Origin: Verrucomicrobiota bacterium
GTDB lineage: Bacteria; Verrucomicrobiota; Verrucomicrobiia; Palsa-1439
Length of the DNA stretch: 64,000 nucleotides
Assembly: GCA_003164675.1 (NCBI GenBank)
Contig: PLTX01000034.1
Location: 9,680 to 73,679 of the forward strand
Direction: 5' to 3'
Below, piece by piece: positions 37,661 through 46,438 of this stretch. Position 1 is the first letter of the stretch; every line of letters starts with the position of its first letter. Position numbers and translations under genes: made by a program. The notes beneath the pieces were generated by a model. That model worked only from the letters and a program-made list of their open reading frames with translations. It did not search any database and was not told the DNA's origin.

Positions 37661-38278
37661 TCACAAGGAAGCCAGCCCCGCCTGGCGCGGGGCGGGCGAC
37701 CGTCGCCGCTTCGCGGTCTTTGGCAGCGCGGCGAGGGTTTCCTTCTCCATCTTCTTGAGCTTGCCGTCGAAGCTGGCGCGGGTGGCCGAGTCCATGCGAT
37801 CAATGAACAGCCTGCCGTTCAAGTGGTCGATCTCGTGCTGCGCGGCGCGGGCCAGCAGTCCGGTGCATTCGAAAACGATCTCCTGTCCGTCGAGCGTCTG
37901 GGCGCGGACAGTCACCCGTTCGGCGCGGCGGATGTCCGCGTTGACTTCCGGGATGCTGAGGCAACCTTCGGGTCCGACCTGTTCCCCTTGCGTATTGAGA
38001 ATCTGAGGATTGATGAGCATCAACGGCATGGATGACGCGAGGTCCTGGGGTTTGCCATCGATGAACAACTGGGACGGCCGGTCGGAGATGGCGACATCGA
38101 TCACGGTGAGCAGGAGCGCCTGGCCGACCTGCTGTGCCGCCAGCCCGAGCCCTTGCGCGGCGTACATGGTCTCCAGCATATCGTCGGCGAGCTTGCGAAT
38201 TTCGGGCGTGACGCGCTCGATGCGCTTGCCCTTCTGGCGCAATACCGGGTGACCGTATTTGACGATGTCCAAAGCCAC
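37661..38278 (-). CDS. def: Peptide deformylase
   Basis: GLGLAAQQVG, EGCLSIP and QHEIDHLNG are the three PDF motifs. GTG start at 38278 (VALDIVKYGHPVLRQK). An alternative ATG lies at 38362. Confidence 0.85.
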   Translation of the reverse strand: MALDIVKYGHPVLRQKGKRIERVTPEIRKLADDMLETMYAAQGLGLAAQQVGQALLLTVIDVAISDRPSQLFIDGKPQDLASSMPLMLINPQILNTQGEQVGPEGCLSIPEVNADIRRAERVTVRAQTLDGQEIVFECTGLLARAAQHEIDHLNGRLFIDRMDSATRASFDGKLKKMEKETLAALPKTAKRRRSPAPRQAGLASL

Positions 38279-38366
38279 ACCCTGAGTATACCCACAGACG
38301 CGTGAGCCGTCAAAGTGGAAGGCAACGGCCAGTCCTGCGCATGTGCATCTGAGCACTGCCATTAAA

Positions 38367-38425
38367 TTGTAGCCGCGAATCCTATTCGCGGTGTCTTCTG
38401 GCCGCGAAAGAGTTTCGCGGCTACA
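38367..38425. repeat. Palindromic repeat family C, second copy, upstream of def
   Basis: ttgtagccgcgaa-tcctat-ttcgcggtg-tcttctg-gccgcgaa-agagt-ttcgcggctaca. Confidence 0.6.
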
Positions 38426-38519
38426 AAAGTCGTCTTCCATCGGTGGCAGTGCTCAGATACGCCCGTCTTGCCCATCCATTGCGTCCTGTGCTAGAAAATG
38501 GGCCAAGGAGGTGCGGTTC

Positions 38520-39035
38520 GTGCCGTTGGAGGGATATCTCGTCAAGTTGGTGGAACTGATTATTGCGCCGTTTCGAGACTTCGGAGCGGTGTGGCTCGGC
38601 ATTGTCCCGCTCTACGTCTCACTGCTGCTGGGCGAATTGTACAAGAGCAAGGTGTCGTTCGGCCACGCGGTCGGCAACGGCTTCATCATGCTCTGGGCGG
38701 GTGTGAACTGGGCGCTGCACCTGTCGAATCTCGGTTTCTTCGCGTACTTGGGCGACGTCAAGAGCCGCACGGCGATCGCGTGGCTGGTGGCGGCGTGCGC
38801 GGTTGGGCTGGGGATTTTCACGATTGTGTTGGGCCTGCGGAAGAAAGATCGCACGCTGTGCCAGATTCTCGGCCACACGCGGTTCTCGGGTTACTTTCTG
38901 ATCACGTTGTATCCCATGCAGGTCGGTTTGGTGAGGTGGAACTGGCTGTCGCTCTCGTCCGTCCTTGTTTTTGCGTTGCCCGCGTGGCTGTTTATCTATC
39001 TGGTAGGCCGACTCCTGAGGGTTGTTATCAAATGA
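38520..39035 (+). CDS. Hypothetical membrane protein
   Basis: A GTG 9 nt after AAGGAGG. Four or five TM helices. Chosen over the overlapping high-GC frame ORF 38498..39523. Confidence 0.4.
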   Translation: MPLEGYLVKLVELIIAPFRDFGAVWLGIVPLYVSLLLGELYKSKVSFGHAVGNGFIMLWAGVNWALHLSNLGFFAYLGDVKSRTAIAWLVAACAVGLGIFTIVLGLRKKDRTLCQILGHTRFSGYFLITLYPMQVGLVRWNWLSLSSVLVFALPAWLFIYLVGRLLRVVIK

Positions 39036-39523
39036 GCAAACTCGAACTTCCCTACACGCGTGACTGCTTCGTCTGCGGCGCGCACAATCCACACGGACTT
39101 AAACTCCGTTTTCGCCGCGAAGGGGATGAAGTCCGCGCCGACTTCACGCCACAGCCGCAACACGCCGGTTTCCGCGGCATCGTCCACGGCGGGATCCTGT
39201 CCACGGTACTCGACGAAGCGATGTTCTGGGCGGCGGCTACGACGAAGAAACGCTTCTGCCTGGCCGCCGAACTCAATGTGCGGTTCATCAGCAAGGTCAG
39301 CGTGGGCCAACGGCTGGTGTGTGTCGCGCGGTTGAAGGCGGATCGCGGTCGGCTCTGGGAATCGGAAGCCGAGTTGCGCGACGAGGCCGGCAATGTTTGC
39401 GTCCGCGCCACCTGCAAACAGGTTCCGATGGATGTGTCGGCGATGAAGGACGCCGCCGTCGATTTCCAGTCCGACCCGGCGACGGTCGAGGGCATGAAAT
39501 TATTTGCCGAGATGGGGTTGTAG
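39034..39523 (+). CDS. Hotdog-fold thioesterase (PaaI/4HBT-like)
   Basis: DCFVCGAHNPHGLKLRF ... GIVHGGILSTVLDEAMFWAA. ATGA overlap with the upstream membrane-protein gene. Confidence 0.65.
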
Positions 39524-39749
39524 GCAGAGGATGCGGGTCGAGCATCGTCAGCGTAGGTTGTAGAGATACAGCGCCAAATATTGCTGTGGAGGTCAGTTGC
39601 GAAGAGCGGCAACGAATTCTTCTGAAGTAACGCCCGCTTGTTTCAGAACCCCGTGCAATGTTCCAACCTTCAGTTCACGGTGGAGCGGCACCACACAACG
39701 GCCCGCGCTCGGCGGTAGGATGCACGCCGAAAGCGGAAGGAGAATCGCG

Positions 39750-40046
39750 ATGGATCGTCTACATGTCTGCATTCTGTTTTCTGTCTTCGCTATTACCGCT
39801 GCCGGTGCGGGCGATACCAACGCGCCCGCTGCTACCAATGCTACCAGCAACGCCGCGCCCACTAGCGTCACGAGCAATGCTCTGCCTGCCAATATCACAA
39901 TCGACGGCATCGTCTATTCAAGCGTCACATGGCGCACAGTCACGGCTGCGACTGTCTCCATTTTCCACAGTACGGGTATTGCGGCGATTCCACTGTGGAA
40001 GTTGCCACCCGAACTTCAGAAGCGATTCGGATACGACCCTGGCTGA
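39750..40046 (+). CDS. Small secreted hypothetical protein (Ala/Thr/Asn-rich)
   Basis: A GGAAGGAGA SD, then MDRLHVCILFSVFAITAAGAG (signal peptide). Confidence 0.4.
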   Translation: MDRLHVCILFSVFAITAAGAGDTNAPAATNATSNAAPTSVTSNALPANITIDGIVYSSVTWRTVTAATVSIFHSTGIAAIPLWKLPPELQKRFGYDPG

Positions 40047-41331
40047 CTGTTATAGGGGAGCCGGGAGACGAGCATTTGCTGGAGAAGAAGACAGTTCGTG
40101 TTGATCTGCTGAATCTATCGTGTTTGTACTACAAGATGTCGAAGCTACAACAAATGTTGGATAAACGAGAGCGTGAAAAACAGAACGCCGACAGGCTGAA
40201 GTAGGGTGAGATGCTGGCCGAAAATGGAAGGAAGCGCGTCAACTATATCGTCTACGCATTGGGCTTAAAGGGACGGGTTAAAGGCAAGGTACTGGTCCCG
40301 TATCGCGAAGGGGATGGAACGTTTCCGATTTACTCGGAAGATCTTCAACGCAAGAACGTTAGCGACAAGATCCAGAAGGAGGAAAACAAAGTTGCTGGTG
40401 TATCCGATATTGCGAAAGCTGTTAGCCTAATCCGTGCGGGTGGTCATCGTTGGCGGTTGAAGGAATACGAAACAGGGCAGAAAAACATCTTCAAGCGCGA
40501 GCATATACGGATTCATGAAGTTTAGGCGAGCTTCTGGTGATCACAGCCGCTCCACTCCCTTGCTTCTCGACTCCGGTTTGACAACTCGCTCAGGTCGCCA
40601 GACGGGGCGTGACCCCGAAGGTCAGGAGCGCTCGCACGAGCAGGCCGCGCCTGAGGCAAGCAAGCCCACGATTCAAAGTGGATCGTCGCCCCGGATTAGG
40701 CTCGGTGTATCCTCCATTGAAAAATGACTGGACAGTAGATATATGATTGTGTATATTCGGGACGGTTCTTTGAAAACATGGTTAATGGGAAATGGCTGAT
40801 GGGACGCGAAGGAGACGACCGTTGCGAAGCCACGAATGACCCGGCCTTCGCTGAAGCTACGGCAGGCAAGCGCGAATCAGGCACGGATGGCACGAAGGAC
40901 GACGGTCGTGCGGAAGCCCGACCCTCCGAGCGGAAACGGTGGCCCCGACGTCGGAGTCGGGGTAAACTCGCCGGACGACCGGTCCGTGCCCACCGTGCGC
41001 GGCAAGGGCGACAGCAGCACGCAAGAAAGTGAAAATTGCAAAACGAAGCCAATTTTTCGGAGTGTTAGAGGATTTGGATGATATTGAGGGACAAGATGTT
41101 AGAGTGGCAAGTGGGACAAATTGTCACTTGGCTTCGTTTTGTCAAAAATGGCTTCGTTTGGGGCACCGGGGAGGGTGTTGGGGCGGGGTTATGTTGACGA
41201 ATGGCTTGCCGGACGCGGGTGGAGCCTGGGGACGACGTGGTTGCGTCTTGAAGACTCGGCTTGCGGCCTACAACGGCGCGGCTCACCGGGAGGTTCGCCC
41301 TCCCATTTGACTGCGCGTACGCCCCTCACCT

Positions 41332-41378
41332 TGATCCTCTCCCCCGAGGGGAGAGGAGAACGCCCTCCTACCAGGCTG
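41332..41378. repeat. REP-like palindromic element family A, intergenic copy
   Basis: gcccctcacc..tcctctcccc-cga-ggggagagga..gccctcc, a 10-bp perfect stem with a 3-nt loop. Confidence 0.6.
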
Positions 41379-41597
41379 CGCCCTACGGGTCGTATGCCTC
41401 GAGATTATTCAGGGGAAGGAGATGCGTTTGACGAAAGGCAACGCAGGGGCGTAAAATGCCGACGACGGGAAGAAGCAGTATGGAAGTCGACGGGAAAAAC
41501 TCTTCGCAATCGGCGTGGTTGATGGTCCAGACGGGCTTGTCCCTGTCGGTGACGGGCGCGATGGCGGTGGGTTTGCGGTCGCTGCCGGAGGTGGCAC

Positions 41598-42179
41598 ATG
41601 AGTGATCCACTGATTAACCGCCATGAGCAGGAGAAGCTATTACAGTGGGTGCGCGCGACGATGGAGGCGGCGGTGCGTGGCGAGCCACTGATGGAAATCT
41701 CCGACGCGGAACTTTCGGATCGTCTGCGCGCGCCGCATGGTGTTTTTGTGACGCTGAAAAAGGGCGGGGAACTGCGCGGGTGCATCGGCAAGATGGATTT
41801 CGAGCGACCGCTGTGGTCGAATGCGCTCGCCGCCGCGATCGCTTCGGCGTTGGAAGACCCGAGGTTCCCACCGGTGAAATCGTCCGAGCTTGGCGACATC
41901 TCGGTTGAGATTTCGATTTTGAACCCGCCGGAGGATTTGCCGCGACCCGAGATGTTCGACGTCACGCGGCATGGGATCATCGTGGAGAAAGGCTGGCGCC
42001 GCGCGCTGCTGTTGCCGAAGGTCGCGACCGAGCAGGGCTGGGACGCGACGAAGACGCTGGAGATGGTGTGTTGGAAGGCGGGCCTTCCGTCGGACGCGTG
42101 GCGCGATCCGTCGGCCCGACTGCAGGTTTTCACCGCATTTGATTTTGGCGAGGCAAAGCCTGGCGGTCCACTCGCATAA
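41598..42179 (+). CDS. AMMECR1 domain protein
   Basis: GVFVTLKKGGELRGCIG...RHGIIVEKGWRRALLLP is the AMMECR1 signature. Confidence 0.8.
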   Translation: MSDPLINRHEQEKLLQWVRATMEAAVRGEPLMEISDAELSDRLRAPHGVFVTLKKGGELRGCIGKMDFERPLWSNALAAAIASALEDPRFPPVKSSELGDISVEISILNPPEDLPRPEMFDVTRHGIIVEKGWRRALLLPKVATEQGWDATKTLEMVCWKAGLPSDAWRDPSARLQVFTAFDFGEAKPGGPLA

Positions 42180-42346
42180 GCATTGATCGCGCGGGCGGGA
42201 CATGGTGTTGCCGCCATGGGAGTTTGTTCGGTTAGAAACCGTGCCCGACGGTGACGGACAAACAATTCGCCGAGATCACGATCGAGATCAGTCACGCCAC
42301 GCCCGACGGCCTGCGCAATTACCTGCCGGCCGTTGTCATCCCGCGT

Positions 42347-43060
42347 TCAACGGGCCAGCGGACCCAGTAGCTTCCGAAAGCGTTGTCCGTCTTCCCTCAT
42401 CGCCACGTTGTTGAACATGCAGTAGATCGGTTGCCGGCTGTCAGTGATCACGTGGAGGCGTTCCAGTTCCTCGGTCGAATGGCGGTGATGCGGTCCTGTG
42501 GCGCCGTGGAGACGGAAATAGCGGATGGCGCCGACGGGGATTGGCTTGGCCTGAAGCGGGTCGACCACGGGGATCAAATCGAGTTCCCGGCACAACGACG
42601 TGATGAGCGCCGCATCCCAGTTTCCACGAGGTTCCCAGCCCATGTGAAATTTGCCGCGTTTCGCTCGCTCGAAGAAGCGACGCAAGTTCGCGATGTTCTC
42701 TTTCGTCGGGCGAAAACTTTGCGGGCACTGGAACAGAACCAATGCCACGCCAAGCGCCCTGGCCACGGCGAACGTTTCATCCCAAGCCCAGCGAATCGTC
42801 GGGTTGAACCCGAAATGGCCGCAATATTCGCGGTCACGCGGGTCCAGGCGCGTGCGGCGGTACGTGGGACTGGTCGCGCAATGAGTGATGACCTGCCAGG
42901 CTTTCAGCGAGAATTCAAAATCGGGCGGCGCCGTGGCACGCCAGCGCGCGGCGGTCTCGACCTTCGGAAGTTGATAGAAGCTCGAATCCACTTCCACGCA
43001 GGAAAACGCATGGAAGTATTTCTCCTGCGCCATCGCGAAACCGCAACAACCGACCCTCAC
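42347..43060 (-). CDS. DUF72 (UPF0759/YecE-like) family protein
   Basis: VRVGCCGF...FYQLP...FEFSLKAW...IRYFRLHG. GTG start at 43060; the longer ORF extending to 43264 is rejected. Confidence 0.7.
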   Translation of the reverse strand: MRVGCCGFAMAQEKYFHAFSCVEVDSSFYQLPKVETAARWRATAPPDFEFSLKAWQVITHCATSPTYRRTRLDPRDREYCGHFGFNPTIRWAWDETFAVARALGVALVLFQCPQSFRPTKENIANLRRFFERAKRGKFHMGWEPRGNWDAALITSLCRELDLIPVVDPLQAKPIPVGAIRYFRLHGATGPHHRHSTEELERLHVITDSRQPIYCMFNNVAMREDGQRFRKLLGPLAR

Positions 43061-43159
43061 ATTCGGACGCCTGGTTGGCACGGCGACGGATGCTAGCAGG
43101 AATGTTCGGACTTGCAAAGCCCCCGTGCTGGCGGCATCTTGTACGAAGGTAATTTCGAT

Positions 43160-43708
43160 ATGACTACGGAGCCAGTGAAGACGGTGACCGATGAGGGGGC
43201 GGTGACCGCCAGCGACATCGTGTTTGACTGTCCCGCTTGCGGGAAGAGTCTGGTCGTGGATCAAGCGGCGGAGGGCATGATCGTTGACTGCCCGCAGTGT
43301 CGCACCAACGTGATTGTCCCGCCGAAATCAACCAAAGCGGCGGCCTCATCGTCATTGAAGAAGGAAGAATCCAAAGCCAGTGAGCCAACGAAATCGGCTC
43401 CCTCGGATGCGGCGGAAGATTCCTTGCAGAAACGTCTATCGGTGCTGGCCGGCCAACTCAAGGAAATCCAGGCGCAACGCACCGAAGTCACCGGCCGGAT
43501 TGCCGCGCGCCTGAACGACGTCAACCGCGATCTGGTGATCATCGCGCGCCTGGAGACTTCCCAGCAGCAGATCTTCAGCGAGTGGAACCAGTTGGTTGGA
43601 AAAATCTCCTCGGGCCGAGCGATCGCGGAATCCGATGCGGCAAAACCCGTCGTGATCGGCGCGAGCGTCAACCCTAGTGACCGGACGCGCGTCTCATTCC
43701 GCCAGTAA
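43160..43708 (+). CDS. Hypothetical protein with N-terminal zinc-ribbon (CPACG...CPQC) and coiled-coil
   Basis: The four-Cys ribbon is FDCPACGKSLVVDQAAEGMIVDCPQCRT. Confidence 0.45.
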   Translation: MTTEPVKTVTDEGAVTASDIVFDCPACGKSLVVDQAAEGMIVDCPQCRTNVIVPPKSTKAAASSSLKKEESKASEPTKSAPSDAAEDSLQKRLSVLAGQLKEIQAQRTEVTGRIAARLNDVNRDLVIIARLETSQQQIFSEWNQLVGKISSGRAIAESDAAKPVVIGASVNPSDRTRVSFRQ

Positions 43709-43711
43709 CGC

Positions 43712-45049
43712 TCAGTTTGTCAGGGGTGTCAGCGCGGGTTCTCGCGGCAGAGCCGCCGGTGAGACCGGTGCCGTCAAACTCTTCACCAACACCTTCGAAT
43801 TGCGGCCGCTTTGCTCGTATTTCTCGCGACGCGCGGGCGGCAGGTCTTCGGTTGTCCCCTCCGTGTATCCCAGTTTGTGCTGGAAAAAGGTGAACGTCTG
43901 CGTCGACAGGCAGAAGATCCGCTCCGCGCCCTGCTCGCGCGCGAGGTTCTCGACGAACAACGCCAGCTTGGTGCCGATGCCCCGATTCTCATGAGCGGGG
44001 CTGACGGCCAGGCTCGCCAGTTCGGCCATTTTCTGCTCCGGGTGCGGGTGAAGCGCGATCAGGCCGACGATGTTGTTGTCGATCTCGAAGACAAAATACT
44101 CGCCGATGTGTTTGTCGAGGCTGCTGCGCGTCCGCTTGATGAGTTGCTCTTCCTGGATCGACGGCTTGATGAGCGCCATGATGTGGCGAAGGTCCTTGCG
44201 CATCGCTTTGCGGATCGCCTGATATTCGTCCGTATAAATCAACGTCCCGATACCCTCGTTCGAGAACACCTCGGCCAGCAGACCTTCGTCCACCTGGCCG
44301 CTGATGATGTGCACGCGCGGGACGCCGCTTTGGCTGGCCTGGAGCGCATGCTGCGCCTTGGACATCATTTCGGGCACAAACTTGTCCGCGAAATTCTTCA
44401 GCGCCGCTTCCAGTTCCTTGACCGATATTTGTGGCACGACCTTGCCGTCGATTTCGAGGCCGTTCCCGCTGCCGATGAACATCAGCTTGACCGCGCCGAG
44501 CTCGCGGGCCATTTCGACCGCGACCGCGTCCGAATTCAGGCGGTAGGTGTGACCGTTTCCGTCGAATCCGAGCGGAGGGATGACGGGCACAATGCCCTTG
44601 TCGAGCAGCGTGCGCAGCATCTCGATATCCACCTGATGGACCTTGCCCGTGTGCTGGTGGTCGATGCCTTTGATGATGCCGAGCGGCACGGCTTCGACAG
44701 CGTTGGTCTGCGCGGCGCGAATGTCGTTGAGTTTCAAGCCTTCGAGAATCTCGTGCGTGACGTTCGTGGCCGCCGTGATGGCGATGCCGAGCGTGGCCGC
44801 ATCCGTCACACCGGCGCCGTCGTAATTGGAAATCGGCTCCTGAAGGCGTTCCGACAATATCTTGATCTGGTGGCCGGCTCCGTGGACGAGCACGATGCGG
44901 ATGTTCAGGCTGCGCAACACCGCGACATCAAGCAGCAGGTTGCCGAAATTTTCATCCGCCACCACCGCGCCGTCGATGGCGATGATGAACACCCGGTCCC
45001 GAAACTGCGGGACGTAATGCAGGATTTCACGAAGATCGGTCGGTTTCAT
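43712..45049 (-). CDS. argA: Amino-acid N-acetyltransferase (N-acetylglutamate synthase; amino-acid kinase + GNAT domains)
   Basis: 445 aa. AAK-fold N-terminus (FIIAIDGAVV...IVLVHGAGHQI) and C-terminal GNAT (ASLAVSPAHENRGIGTKL). Same architecture and length as E. coli ArgA. Confidence 0.85.
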   Translation of the reverse strand: MKPTDLREILHYVPQFRDRVFIIAIDGAVVADENFGNLLLDVAVLRSLNIRIVLVHGAGHQIKILSERLQEPISNYDGAGVTDAATLGIAITAATNVTHEILEGLKLNDIRAAQTNAVEAVPLGIIKGIDHQHTGKVHQVDIEMLRTLLDKGIVPVIPPLGFDGNGHTYRLNSDAVAVEMARELGAVKLMFIGSGNGLEIDGKVVPQISVKELEAALKNFADKFVPEMMSKAQHALQASQSGVPRVHIISGQVDEGLLAEVFSNEGIGTLIYTDEYQAIRKAMRKDLRHIMALIKPSIQEEQLIKRTRSSLDKHIGEYFVFEIDNNIVGLIALHPHPEQKMAELASLAVSPAHENRGIGTKLALFVENLAREQGAERIFCLSTQTFTFFQHKLGYTEGTTEDLPPARREKYEQSGRNSKVLVKSLTAPVSPAALPREPALTPLTN

Positions 45050-45270
45050 TTGTGCCTGTGCAACTTATACGCACCATACGCGACTTTTTCAACTGGTGAT
45101 TTGCGACCGTGAGGAATGTGTCGCGGGGAATCGCAACCATCCAGCAGCAAATTGTTGCGATGTTCTTGCCATGATTGAATTTGACCGCAAATCCGTTTGC
45201 TGGTATGCACTGCCTTCACAGCAAGACCCGCGTTCGCGGGAACGACGAAACTCAACCATTTGGAGGACTT

Positions 45271-46332
45271 ATGAGCATGACCAAGATCACGTACGCGCTA
45301 TTCTCACTATCACTGGCAGTCGTGGCTGCATCGGTTGCTCGCGCGCAGTCTGCCGCGTCCACACCGAACAACACGGGCCCGTATCACGTCTCGCAGACCT
45401 TTCACGTCGGAGGCGAAGGCGGCTGGGATTATCTGACCGTCGATCCCGAGCACAAGCTCTTGTACGTCCCGCGCTCGTCGCACACGATGGTTCTCGATGC
45501 CGCCACCGGCAAGACCGTTGCCGACATCCCCGGCCAGAAACGCAACCACGGCGTGGCCATCGCGCCCAGCGCCAGCCGCGGCTTCATCACCGATGGCCAG
45601 GATGGTTCCGTCACGGTATTCGACCTGAAGACCTACGCGGTGCTCGGCAAGGTCAAAGCGGCTGACGACGCCGACGGCGTCATCTACGACGCGGCCAGCG
45701 GCAAGGTGCTGGTGGCCTGCGGGGACGCCGGTGTGGTGGTCCCGATTTCGGCAGACGTGGATCTCAAGACGGGCAAGGCGGACGCGGCGGTTGACCTGGG
45801 CGGCAAACCCGAGTTTCTCGCTGCCGACGGCCAGGGCAAGGCGTTCATCAATCTCGAAGACAAGGACCAGATCGCGGTGGTGGACACCAAGACGATGAAA
45901 GTCGTCAACAAATGGCCCGTCAGTCCCGGCGGTTCGCCCGTCGGCATGGCCATGGATACCGCGCATCGCCGCCTGTTCATCGGTTGCCGCAAACCGCAGA
46001 AGCTGATCGTCATGAACGCCGATGACGGCAAAGTTTTGGCCGACCTCCCGATTGGCGCCGGCGTCGATGCCACGGCATTCGCCAATGGCGATGCTTTTGT
46101 CAGTTGCGGCGACGGCACGCTCGCCGTGGCCCGCGAGACCGCGCCCGGCAAATTCGAGATCGTCCAGACTGTTCAAACGCTGCGGGGCGCGCGCACCATG
46201 GGTATCGATCCATCAACCCGTACCATCTATCTTCCCACGGCGGAATTCGGTCCCCCGGTCGAAGGCCAACGTCGACCTCCGGCCAAACCCGGCACCTTCA
46301 TGGTCGTGGTGGTAAGCCCCACGGGGAAGTAA
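45271..46332 (+). CDS. Secreted YncE/YVTN-type beta-propeller repeat protein
   Basis: GGAGG SD and a signal peptide MSMTKITYALFSLSLAVVAASVARA. Repeated blade-like segments (LLYVPRSS, GFITDGQDGSVTVFD, VLVACGD). Confidence 0.6.
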   Translation: MSMTKITYALFSLSLAVVAASVARAQSAASTPNNTGPYHVSQTFHVGGEGGWDYLTVDPEHKLLYVPRSSHTMVLDAATGKTVADIPGQKRNHGVAIAPSASRGFITDGQDGSVTVFDLKTYAVLGKVKAADDADGVIYDAASGKVLVACGDAGVVVPISADVDLKTGKADAAVDLGGKPEFLAADGQGKAFINLEDKDQIAVVDTKTMKVVNKWPVSPGGSPVGMAMDTAHRRLFIGCRKPQKLIVMNADDGKVLADLPIGAGVDATAFANGDAFVSCGDGTLAVARETAPGKFEIVQTVQTLRGARTMGIDPSTRTIYLPTAEFGPPVEGQRRPPAKPGTFMVVVVSPTGK

Positions 46333-46438
46333 CGAAACTGCATAGCTGCGGTAGTCATCCGTCTGGTCCTGAAGTGCGATGGCCGGCGGGACATTTGCAT
46401 TGCGCAGTCGACCAGTGGGTGACAGTATTGCGTAAGTC

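Noticed and set aside
38498-39033. Upstream half of the 341-aa ORF 38498..39523 (MGQGGAVRAV...)
   Set aside because: Arg-rich with no homology, and overlaps a plausible five-TM membrane protein in another frame. Only the downstream thioesterase part (from 39034) is real.
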